From: Azolla caroliniana
Taxonomy: Eukaryota; Plantae; Polypodiophyta
Length of the DNA stretch: 64,000 nucleotides
Assembly: GCA_043228905.1 (NCBI GenBank)
Contig: JBHGNT010000014.1
Location: forward strand, 10,850,001-10,914,000
Direction of reading: 5' to 3'
Below the pieces are notes generated by a model that searched no databases, was not told the DNA's origin, and saw only the letters and a program-made list of their open reading frames with translations. Positions within the stretch are counted from its first letter, which is position 1; every line of letters begins with the position of its first letter. The position numbers and the translations under genes are program-made. Shown in pieces: positions 38,801 to 50,350 of this stretch.

Positions 38801-41800
38801 AATCCGCAAACGAAAAGCTACGCCAGTCCACCCGACAGAAGAACCTCGTAAATCGCTACGGCTACGACGAGTACATGGTGTATCACTATGCTTTTATGAT
38901 GAAAGTAGTGTTAGTACAAGAACCGGAAACGCTTTCTGAAGCCGCAAAGGATCCGCGATGGGTCGACGGGATGAATGAGGAGATGGAAGCTTTATGCAAA
39001 AACAAGACATGGGATCTCGTTCCTCTCCCCCTGAACAAGAAAGAGATTGGCTGTAGATGGATATACAAAGTAAAATACAATGCCGACGGATCCGTAAATC
39101 GCTTCAAAGCATGCCTCGTTGCGAAAGGCTACGCGCAAATGCACGTCATAGAATACGAAGAAACCTTTGCCCCGGTGGCAAAGATGACAACTGTACGGAC
39201 AGTAATTGCACTCATCGTAGCGAAGGGATGACACCTCCACCAGATGGATGTGAAAAATGATTTCCTCCAAGGAGAGTTAGAAGAAGAGGTGTACATGATA
39301 CAACCACCCAGATTCGAATCACGTAAGCATCCGCACGCCGTATGCTAACTCAAGAAGCCACTCTACGGCTATAAAAAGAATAGCGTGCTGAAGCAATAGA
39401 AACGCAGGTTTAATGGACAACTTGAATATACACAGTACGTGGGAGAGACACAGAAAGAGCAGAACAACTTAACTCTATTATCAAAACAATAATAGTTCTT
39501 TGTAATAATCTGTACATCGTATGTGTTCAGTGAACACTTTTATACAAGTCCATACGGATTGACAGAAGTATGGTGTACTTCAATGCTCACACGAGCGTCT
39601 GACACTAACTACAAGACATGAACTCCCTAGTAGTCTAGCTGCTACTTGGCTTTCGATTGTTGCTTGATTCGACTAACCGGCTCCCCAACTCACCGGCTCA
39701 CTTGCTCACCGGCTCAGGCTTATTCAGCCGATTTGGATCCGGTTGAGCTTGCCGCCCAACACTCCCCCTCAAGCTCAACTTGAGGTCGGATCATAGTGTC
39801 AGTCTCTATGGCAGTCGGTCCTTCCACCCGGCTCCTTCTGGCGTCACTCCGCCTCGCTCACGCTCCTCGTCCAGTCCGGCCCCGTTTGACGCGACCCCTC
39901 TAGTTCTGCGCACCTCAACCTCCTCGGCCGGCTTGTCTGCTCAACAAGCCCAATTTAGCTCCCTCACTGCTGTGACTCCGGCGCTTGTCGACCCTCCGGT
40001 TCCTTCGTGCTGGTGTCGACTTTCACTGCCTTCTCCTCCTCTTGGCCTTGAATTGATCCGGTTCTTTTGAATCTGTTTGTTGAACCGAATCGGTTGTCTC
40101 CGATTTGTTCCAGCTCTTGTCCGAATCAGTCGCTCCCGATTCATCTTCCAGTTCCAGACCCTTCACCACATCGGACCATGTTTAGGTCTTGGCTTTCTTC
40201 TTCCGAGATGCTAAACACCAAGCATTTCGGTGAACTACTGCAACTTGTCCGATCCGAGTGGTTTGGTGAATATGTCCGCAACTTGCCGATCCGTATGAAC
40301 ATACCAAAGTTCGACTTCACCGCAGGTCTTGCAGCAGTCGCCGAAGCCAAACGGCTGCATAGGCGGCAACGGTAGCGCCCCGATATTCAGCCTCAGTGCT
40401 CGGAAGGGCCACTATTGGCTGCTTTTTGCTACTCCATGCAACAACCGCGCTACCAAGGGAAAACATATAGCCGGAGGTGGATCGGTGATCCGATGCATCG
40501 CCGGTCTAGTTGGCATCAGTTTAGCCGACTAGCTCTTCGGTTATATACCATGTCGGTATAATAGTCCCCAGTCCTTCATGCCGCTCACATATCAAAAATT
40601 TGATGCGCACACAAAAGGTTCTCCACGGTCGGCTTCTGCATATATTGGCTGATCATGCCGATTGGATAGCTGATGTTGGGTCGGGTGATTATCAAATATA
40701 CAAGGTTTCCGACGATTTGTTGGAACCGCTTCTCATCGCAGGCTGATCCGGAGTCGGGACAGAGCTTTTGGTTCCGGTTCAGGGGTGTGGAGATCGGTTG
40801 GCATTCTGTCATGCCAAACTTGTACATCTTCAACACCTAGGGTTTTTGTGAGAGAAATATACCGTCAGGGGTTCGGATCACCTCGATTCCAAGGAAATAG
40901 TGAAGGTCCCCCAGGTCCTTCACCTCAAATGCATCCAACAACTAGGACTTGACTCGGCTGACTTCATCGAGTCTGGGTTCGGTGATGACTAGTTCATCAA
41001 CATACAACAAAATGCAAACCGGACCATCCGGACCTTGCCGGATGAACAACGAAGAGTCGGACTTGGAGGCCGTAAACCCCATCTTACGCAACCGGTGCAT
41101 GATCTTCATTTTCCAAGCTTGGGGGGCTTGCTTCAGGCCATAGAGTGACTTCTTCAGCCGGCATACCGCCGACTTGTTCATCTCCATCTGGAAACCGGGA
41201 GGTTGGGTCATAAATACCTCTTCTTCAAGATTGCCTTAAAGAAATGCATTCTTCACGTCCATCTGGTGAAGATGCCATCCTCTTGTCGCAACAACTGCCA
41301 GTACCACATGAACCGTCGTCATCTTAGCTACCGGACCAAAGGTCTCGTCATAGTCGATTCCGTGGGTCTGCCCGTATCCCTTCGCCACTAACCGGGCCTT
41401 GTACCGGTTAACCAAACTGTCGGCATTGTACTTTACCTTGTACACCCACTTACATCCGATCCGTTTACAGTGTCCGGGAGGGTCAACAAGGTCCCATGTG
41501 TCGTTGGCATCAAGTGCCCGCATTTCTTCCTCCATAGCGGCAAGCCACTTTGCGTCCTTTGCCGCTTCTACGTAGCTCTCCGGCTTACGCACTTCCACCA
41601 CCTTGGTCATGTACGCATAGTGATGCGCCATGTACTCATTGTACCTGTACCGCTTCACGAGGTTCTTCTGGCGGGAAGACCGGCATAACTTAGAGTTACC
41701 CAGTTTGGGGCCCTTCTTGGCTAGGTCGGCGGACTTCATTCCTGAAGATCCGCCTTCATCCTTTCTGGAGTCAGATTTGCTCCGATTCAACTCATTGTTT

Positions 41801-44800
41801 CCGGTTTCATATTCCGACATCTTCTTCTTCCCTTTTTCTTTGTGCGTGAACCGTCTCCTCGGTTCCTTACGCGAGGAGAGCATGGCAGAGTCTCCACTAT
41901 TCACTGGTTCCTCATTTGACTGGTCATCCCGACTCAATTGCTCATTCAGTCCACTTAACCGGAATGAGATAGGACTCTCTTCTAGAGTGCCAAGGTCTTC
42001 CTCTTCTAACTGGACTGGCTCAAGCTCACTAGCCTCATCTTCCGGTATCGGGTTAGGGTCAAAAGTCGGAGCCGGTAAGGCATACCATGACGCTGTCTTA
42101 TCAAACTCAACATCCCGGCTAACTCGGACCTGCTTCGTCCGGGGGTTATAACACTTATACCCCTTTTACTCATGCGAGTAACCGACTAGGATGCATTTCT
42201 TCGACTTTGTATCCAACTTCCTCCGCTTCTCATCCGGAACATGCACATATGCAATGCTACCGAATATCCAAAGGTGTCTCAGATTTGGCTTGCGCCCGAA
42301 ATATTGCTCATGTGTCTCAAATTCACCTTGTCACCGTCCGGTTTTGGATGTAGACGGCCGTCTGGACCGCCTCCGCCCAAAAGAAATGAGGCATGCTTTT
42401 CTCCTCTAGCATTGCACTTGCCGCGTCGACAATCGACCGGTTCTTCCTTTCAGCCACACCGTTTTGCTCCGGTGTGTACCTTTAGCTGAATACTCTCCGA
42501 ATTCCGTTTTGCTGCAGATAACTGTTGAATTGGCCAGAAAAATATTCTTTACCACCATCCGACCGCAGGCACTTGATCTTCTTCTCCGTTTCCCATTCAA
42601 CCAAGCTTTGAAGGTTCCGGAAACACTCGAAGACTTCGCTCTTCCGCTCAATGAGGTAGATCCATGCGTGTCAGCTATAGTCGTCAATGAAGGAGACAAA
42701 ATACTGATTCCCGCCAAGACTAACGTTTTGTGCCAGTCCCCATACATCCGAATGGATTAAATCGAGCTTGTTATGGCTCCGGTTTTGATTGGTGGGGGAT
42801 GGAAGCCAATGTTGCTTCCTGAGTTAGTAGGCTTCACAAATTTCGGCCTTCCGGTCGCTAAATTTCGGCAAACCGAAAACAACTTGTGCCTCAAGTCAAT
42901 GTCCGATAATTGACGTGGCCGATCCGCTTGTGCCACAAGTCGATGTCCGATTCGACCTTCTGCAAACATAGCAGTGCCGACGTCATTGGTGTCGAGGATG
43001 AACATCCTCCCATCTCTGTGCCCTCTTCCTCGATGAAGCACCCAAGGTGCATGAACGGCACGTGCATCCCCTAGTCAACGATTTGACGATTGAAACCAGG
43101 TTCTTCGTGATAGTCGAAACGTGTAATGCGTTCATCAACTTCCCCCTCTGTCCGACATGGCTCAAAGGGACTTCTCCAACATGCACCATTAGGTGAGGAG
43201 TGTCATCTTCGGTTTCGACGACTCCCGGTCGTTCCGGTTTCTCCAAGAAGGAGAACCACTCTTTGTGGCTCGTCATTTGATTCGACGCACCGAAATCAAT
43301 GAACCACACTTCCTCTAATTTGGAAGTGGTTTTCTTCATCGAGTTAGCCTCGGGTTTCATCACCAAGGCTGGCCTTTTACCGGTGTTTCCAGTTTTGGAT
43401 CCTCCTGATCCTTCTACGTAGTGCGAGTATTGTCGGTTTTCTCTACCGGCCTTGCCGGATCCGGATCTGTCCGAATTGGCGATCTTCTTCCAGCACTCGC
43501 TTTCTCTATGGCCCTTTTTACCATAGTACCAACATTCTGTGTCAGCCTTTGCTTGCCGGCCTCTGGCGCCGCTTTGACTCCCCCTGCCTTTGGATGGTCC
43601 GGAACTGCTTTCGGCACATTCTCTGTGCCTTCAGTCCTGCTCTTGTCGGCCGCTACCATTGCGAGTTGACCCGCCTCGTCCACCACGCCTACGGGGCCGA
43701 TCCGCCTTTGTGTACAACATCCGGTTGTCGGTGGGTGCACTTGTTGATGCACTGGCATGGCTCTCCTCTACAAGGAGCATTGACTGTAAGTTGAAAAATG
43801 ACGGTGTATTCTCCCTTTTACATACCGCCGTTCGGAACGCTCTGAACTTAGAAGCTAGGCCCCCGAGATAGATCTGCACCATCTCATCTTCCTCTATAGT
43901 GACGTTGATAGAGGCAAGTGAGTCAAAGATCTCTTTGATTCAGGTCGTGTAATCAGCTACCGACATGTCCTTCTGTCAGACATTGCTCAACTCTTGTCGG
44001 AGTTGCAGCTTCCGGGCCGTAGTGCTTGCTATGAAAACCTTCTTCAGGTTTCCCCAAGCTTCTTTTGGCGTCTTGGCATCTCGGACGTGGCTCAGCAGCT
44101 AGTCTCCAACATTGGATGCAAAGTAGTACATCACTCTGCTTGCCGCTTGTTTCCATATTGGGAAGTCCTTGTGTCCCGCATCAGGTGTTGTGTCGTTAGG
44201 TCCGTCGACATAACCATACCCAAGCAGGTAATGGTGCATCTTGTATGAACAAAATACGTAGTTGGATCTATTGAGCTTCTCCACCAGGAGCGAGTTAGCC
44301 ATTCCTTTGTCCATCACTTCTCTTTATGCTCTTATCGGGTCTTCGGGTTTGTCTCCAAATGCTGATGTCGGTTGTAGAGGTTCTCAACCCTCGCGATCTG
44401 ATACCATATAAAAAGAATAGCATGCGGAAGCAACAGAAAACCAAAAACAGAAACGCAGGTTCAATGGAGAGTTTGAATATACACAATACATGGGAGAGAC
44501 AGGAAAGAGCAGAACAACTTAAATCTATTATCAAAACAGTAATAGTTCTCTGTAATACTCTATGCATCGTATGTGTTCAGTGAACACTTTTATATAAGTC
44601 CATACGGACTGACAAAAGTACGGTGTACTTCAATGCTCACACGAGTGTCTGACACTAACTACAAGACATTAACTCCCTAGTAGTCTAGCTGCTACTTGGC
44701 TTCCGGTTGCTGCTTGATCCGGCTAACCGGTTCCCCAGCTCATCGGCTCACTTGCTCATCGGCTCATCCTTCCAGATGTTGATTCGGCTCAGGCTTATTC

Positions 44801-46391
44801 AGCCGATCCGGATCCGGTTGAGCTTGCCGCTCAACAGGCCTCAAACAAGCACCGCGTGGTTGGCACTCGAAGATCACGCAGTATCTTCACCAAGTCGGAT
44901 TTCGGATGTCAAAATCTGACACCTCTCTGTACATCCGAAACGAGTCAGATAGCCTGATCATCATCATCCTATACGTGGATGATTTGGTCATCGGAGGAAA
45001 GTATCTTGCCAAGATTAACAAAGTCAAATCACTTCTTTCAAGCAGATTCGAAATGAAAGACTTACACGAGCTCCATTACTTCCTAGGTATTGAAGTAATT
45101 CGGACACGAGTCGGAATAATGATCTCTCAATGGCATTACATTCTCAACTTACTCTACAAGTTCAAAATGACCAAGTGCAAGCCTGAGTCTACCCCTCTTG
45201 ATTGTAATCTCAAGATCGATGCCAGTTCCGGAACCGCTGAGAGCGAGCCGACTTAGTATCGACAACTGATCAGTAGTTTGATCTATCTGACCATTACGCG
45301 ACCCGACCTCAGTTATTCGGTTAGCCTACTTAGCCAATTTATGCAGAATCTGCGACATCTTCATCTGGACTGCGCTAAGAGGATACTTCGGTGTATTAGT
45401 ACGACAATGGACTACGACATTATGTACAAGAAGAATATGATGATTCGACTTGAAGGGTACGCAGACGCGGACTAGGCAGGATATAAAGCGGACAGGCGAT
45501 CCACATCCCGATTCGTCTTCTCTCTTGGTAGCAGAGTGATCTCCTGGAGTAGTAAGAAGCAGTCGATAGTCGCATTGTCGAGCACGAAAGCCGAATATAG
45601 GAGCACAACAGTCACCGCATGTGAAGCCGTTTGGCTCAAACGCGTACTAAAGGATCTAGACGTACCCATCAAGGATCCAATTCGTCTCTACTGCGACAAC
45701 ATGAGCATATCTACTTGGCGTGGAATCCCATATTCCATGTGCGGACTAAGCATATCGAAGTCCACTACCACTTCATCGACGAGCGCGCGTACAAGCCGGA
45801 GAGATTGTCCCACAACACATCAGTACGCACCTCCAGGTTGCTGATATTTTAATGAAAGCTCTAAGCGTCGACAAGCTCGGGAAATTTGCATCGGACCTTG
45901 CTCTCACGACATCTACATTGCCGAGCTTGAGGGGGAGTACGCAACATACGTAGCACAGATAGACTATGCAACACGCAATAAGAAGCGTAAAGCAATAAGA
46001 CCGGAATCCGATTCCTTAAATTGAAGTACTCCGAAGACCGAAACAACTTTTCGATAGATGGAAGTTGTGTTCAAAGGGGCGTGTTGAGAATTGAACTCAA
46101 CTTCCCATAGATAGGTTTCACACTAGCTCGTGGACATGTTGGGCTAGTTTTATAAATACTAGAAAGGGCACTTGCCCTAGCTTAGTTGGTATATAAACCA
46201 AGGCATTGTAACTTAGTCGTTGTTGGATGTTTTATGCTCTAATGTAATTTTGGTTAATAGAAAGTTTGTCTATCTTTGTCTTAAGAGCTCACTCTCTCTC
46301 TCTCTGTCTTGAGACACACACACACATACACACACACACACACTCATCTTCCGCTGCATTACAACCACTCTTGCCTCCTCATTTCTTTACA
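35884..46391 (+). mobile_element. Full-length decayed copia 'Z' (Bryco-like gag), with element V nested in its RT
   Basis: LTRs 35884-36189 and 46082-46391; TSD aggat/agaat; PBS tggtataagagc 36190-36201; gag from ~36290, PR (WFVDSGASNHM), INT 37819-38379, RT 38785-39369 resuming 44837, RH to ~45940. Confidence 0.9.
39370..44836 (-). mobile_element. Full-length decayed Bryco-like copia 'V'
   Basis: LTRs 39370-39761 and 44407-44836; PBS 44395-44406; PPT 39762-39771; gag 44099-44317, PR 42983-43366, INT ~42100-42750, RT 40942-41937; splits the host LYG|LKQAP codons with a GGC duplication. Confidence 0.9.
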
Positions 46392-48574
46392 AGAATTAAA
46401 TTGCTTGTTTTGAGTAACTTATCTACTGTATAATTAAATTGTTGATTTCATGATAGTGCTTTTTCTTAAAATTATGCAAACTATTTTAACTTGTACATGG
46501 TTTACTTGAGTATATCAGAAACAAGAACCCTAAATGATATTATTAAACTGTATATTAGAAAGAAGACTGTATATAAAAATGACACACAATTTTGTTGAGA
46601 AAGAAACACAAAAAGTAGACTGTATATCAAAAATAAAAATCCCAAACACTTCCAATAAACTGTTTATTTGCAATACATGTGCTTTGTTTGTTTTACAAGA
46701 AAACTCGTAAATTGCTACTTGTAGCTACAAATTCCATGGCATACTGTTGTAAATACATTCATACACATTAGCACTAACTATGTATAAACCTAAGCAGCTA
46801 TTGTATTGCAACATTGGGACATTGATGCACCTGACCAAATGAGAGGACATGTACACCATTGGTTTGTCTTCTAATATAGCCTATACACATAATCGTAATA
46901 ATCTAGTCTTGCATAAAAAATACCTTCGATGTAGAATGTCCCGGTAGATACGACATTTCCCCAAGCATCTAATATATTCTACGTTGCACACTCTTTACTA
47001 ACCGTGCACTTCAATATATAGAAATCAGCATGGAGAGATCAACTGCATTTACAATGAAATTATCCCCAACATTTAAGACATCCTTCAAAGTATCTCCACA
47101 TCCTTGATATGTGACGTCAAAATTCTTTTTTGTTTCTCTATCAACTGCTTCTTTATCGTTCAATGTATGATCCTCCCAATTCTGAATATATGCTTTGTTT
47201 AAACAATACCTCCAATTTCCCTGCACACAATGGAAGCAAAAACAAGTTAATTCTCTAACAGCAATACAATGACCATCCAACCTAGAATAACCACGAAAAG
47301 CATGAAGAGATCGCAATTCGGGAATTCCTTAGCACTTCCAGGTCTTCTTCCTATTTACTTCATCTATCTTCACTTCCCAAAATTCACGTTTGATATCTCG
47401 GATCTGCGAGGAATAAACACCAGTTGCACTCGTTGACATATTAGCTCTTAAAAATTCAACTAAATGTTTTGCACAATTCATCTGCACACCATCTGCGTTT
47501 AGTTGTTCATGGGTGAGTGCTTGCTTTATAACAATACCTACACCATCATGTTCACCTTTACCATGCATGGCCAGACCCAAAAAAATTCCATCTCATCTCT
47601 AAACCTGTTATAGCAGGATACCACCCCACAAAATAAAATGGACGTCTAGCCTTGAATTGTGACACAACTCCATTAGACCAGACCCAATGTTGAGTAAGCT
47701 CCAAACGTTTAGCCAATAACCATTGCCAATGTAAGTTAAAACAATGTTGGACGAACAAGGTATCATGCTTCTTATCATCGGACATAAAAAAATGAATTAC
47801 TTTTTTAACATCACCTGAAACTCGAAAATATTTTATGTGCACAAAAATGGTTACCTGCACTGAACACCAATGCATAGATTGAATTTCATTCTGCTGCTTG
47901 AAAGTATAATTCTCTACGAAATCTACTACTGAGACTACTACATCATTTGGAAAATCAGATACGCAAGTCTTAAACTGATGGGCTTGCCATGAATAAATGA
48001 AGGTGTGTTTAATGAACTTTCCTAGAGATACTACAAATAGAGACGCCAAATCCCTTGGTTTAAGTGACTTCCTAACTAGATCCTTTCTTTTACACACCTT
48101 TCCTTCAAAATTGGTGTCAACTGACTCAAATAACTTGACAGAGAATTCATTTGGACACCACCTAAATCTACTAGGACCACAATCTTGACATAAACCCATG
48201 ACACATTTATGAATGTGGAAGATGGCCTTAGTTTCTGTCGGACATAATACAGAATCTAAAAGACAACTCATGAAAGAGATAACATGCTCAGATGATTTAC
48301 AGTGCTCATGCAGGCTCGATCGACAAATTGGGCACACACAAGTGCAAATTTCATTTGTTAGGGAGGCACTATGGTGACATAGTAGATTAACAGAGTCCTT
48401 GGGACAACCCATTTGTACATGGTAAATGCAACAACATGTGTATCGATCCTTCAAGCGTCTCACAAAGTGTGACTTAAGTGACTCAAATATTCGTAGTTGA
48501 ACTTTGATATTTGGATGCATTCGCCTGAACCTAATAACTAAATTGACCTGCGTAATAAAATGTACATACTGATT

Positions 48575-48703
48575 AGCTCTATGGATAAGTGGCAACTAAT
48601 TAGCTACTACCATAGTTTAGTACAGTAGCTAATTAACTAAGTGGTAGCTAATTAGCTACTACCATACTTTAGTTGAGTAGTTAATTAGCTAGCACTTAGC
48701 TAA
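48575..48703. repeat. Left remnant of the palindromic TAGCTAATTAGCTA satellite
   Basis: Same units as 54355-56245, separated from them by the chromovirus insertion. Confidence 0.9.
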
Positions 48704-48713
48704 TGTCATGGCA

Positions 48714-48767
48714 AGACTCGAACCCATGACTTTATGCTACATGGGTCGAGCTCTTACCATTAGATTA
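48714..48767 (-). promoter_or_regulatory. Pol III A/B box-like pair at the start of chromovirus U3, antisense (second copy 53924-53977)
   Basis: Minus strand TAATCTAATGG (imperfect A box, 48767-48757) and GGTTCGAGTCT (48724-48714). Confidence 0.55.
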
Positions 48768-48881
48768 TGAATTGTATTTTGTAGGATATTATTTTCATTT
48801 ATACTTTATCATAGAAAATTGATGTATATTCCAGATCTCTCTGGAACATTCTAGAAGCTTCAGGATTATTCCTAAAAACAC

Positions 48882-48888
48882 TATAAAA
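48882..48888 (+). promoter_or_regulatory. LTR TATA box
   Basis: cTATAAAAgg about 30 nt upstream of the sequence complementary to the PBS. Confidence 0.75.
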
Positions 48889-49144
48889 GGAGGCACAAGG
48901 CATTGTTTTGAACCAAATTGGTTCAACGCCAGTCTTAAGCCTCTTAGCCGCTTGTACTTATCTTTTCACATAATATATAGCTGCTGTCATCATCTCTCTC
49001 TCTCTCTCATTCTCGCTATCTCTCTCTCTCTCCTCTTCTCACTTCCTCTCTCGGGAATCTTACGCAGTCCCGTCCTCTTAGTACTAATAGTACTGTTGTT
49101 CTTAGTACTAATTCCATCTCTGTTTTAGTACTATTCCTGACAGT

Positions 49145-49156
49145 TTGAACCAATTT
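49145..49156 (+). other. Self-priming primer binding site
   Basis: ttgaaccaattt is the exact reverse complement of aaattggttcaa at 48915-48926; no tRNA-type TGG PBS follows the LTR. Confidence 0.85.
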
Positions 49157-49211
49157 GTTCCTCTAGCCTACTTGTCACTCTCCCTCATCCTCCTACCCTT
49201 TTCCCTATACT

Positions 49212-50350
49212 ATGGCTACTGTTAGCGCCCAAGAATACCAATCCGTTTTCTCCGAGCTACAGTGCCTAAAAGAAAAGTTTGTTGCCCTGGAACAAGAAAA
49301 CCAACGGTTGATAGGGGATCTACAACAAATCGCTCTAGAAAAACAACAAACACAACAACAACATGGGGAGTTAGCGTTACGGGTACAACAACTCGAAGCA
49401 GCGTTGCAACAACAAGGATCCAGTCCCCAAGGATTTCATAAAGAGCCCAAGATTGGACTTCCTGTGAAATTTGATGGAACGCGTTCGCAATTCCGGGGAT
49501 TCCTTAATCAGGTACGCTTAGTCATCCAGATGCATCCTTCCCGATATCCCACTGATGCATCTCGAGTCGGCCTAATAGGCACACTACTTAGCGGCTCAGC
49601 CTTGGCATGGTTTGCTCCGCTTCTAGAAAAACAATCACCCTTACTTAATAACTTTGAAGATTTTATTGGTGAGTTTAAAGCCTGCTTTGGAGACACCGAC
49701 AGCATCAGGACGGCGATCAACAAGATCCGGCGATTGCGTCAAGGCGATCGTCCAGCCTCTGCCTACGCGGCGGATTTCCGCCTACTTGCTTCAGATATAC
49801 CCTGGGATGATCAAGCACTAATGGAGCAGTTTCGCTATGGCTTGCGAAACGATGTCAAAGATCTACTTCTAACTTTCCCCGAAGAACCAAAGTCTCTTAC
49901 GGAGGCAATCAGTCGAGCAGTTCGATGTGACAACCGCCTTTTTGAATGGCGTTCAGAACGTCAATTACAGATACCACTTACGCCGCAGTCGCGGCTAAAC
50001 CGTTTGCACGAGACATACCTCAAGCAAATACTTCGACACCGATGGAGATCGATACCATGCGTCGACGCGGCCCGTTATCGGAAGAAGAAAAGCAACGACG
50101 ACGTGTCAATCGATTATGTCTTTATTGCGGTGGACCAGGACATATCGCCATCAATTGTCCCCATAGGCCAAGAAGACAGGTAAATCAAATCGTCGCCTGT
50201 ACTAAACCCGAGTCAATTCTTCCCTTCGGAGTGTCTGATAGTATTAATAGTACTAATAGAGTGTCAGATAGTATTCATAGTACTAATAGCCCAAGTATCT
50301 CAAATAAATTTGAAATCCTTAGTCAATTAGATGAAGAGTTAAACGATTGA
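49212..50350 (+). CDS. gag: Chromovirus Gag (coiled coil, capsid, CCHC), frameshifted near 49970
   Basis: 49212-50183 has [14 protein letters not shown] and LRQG...F..GL; the knuckle [14 protein letters not shown] lies in another frame (49946-50350). Confidence 0.88.

Noticed and set aside
46392-46724. Terminal inverted repeat of the Sola2-like element
   Set aside because: No matching inverted partner found in the window; it looks like an AT-rich 3' UTR or spacer.
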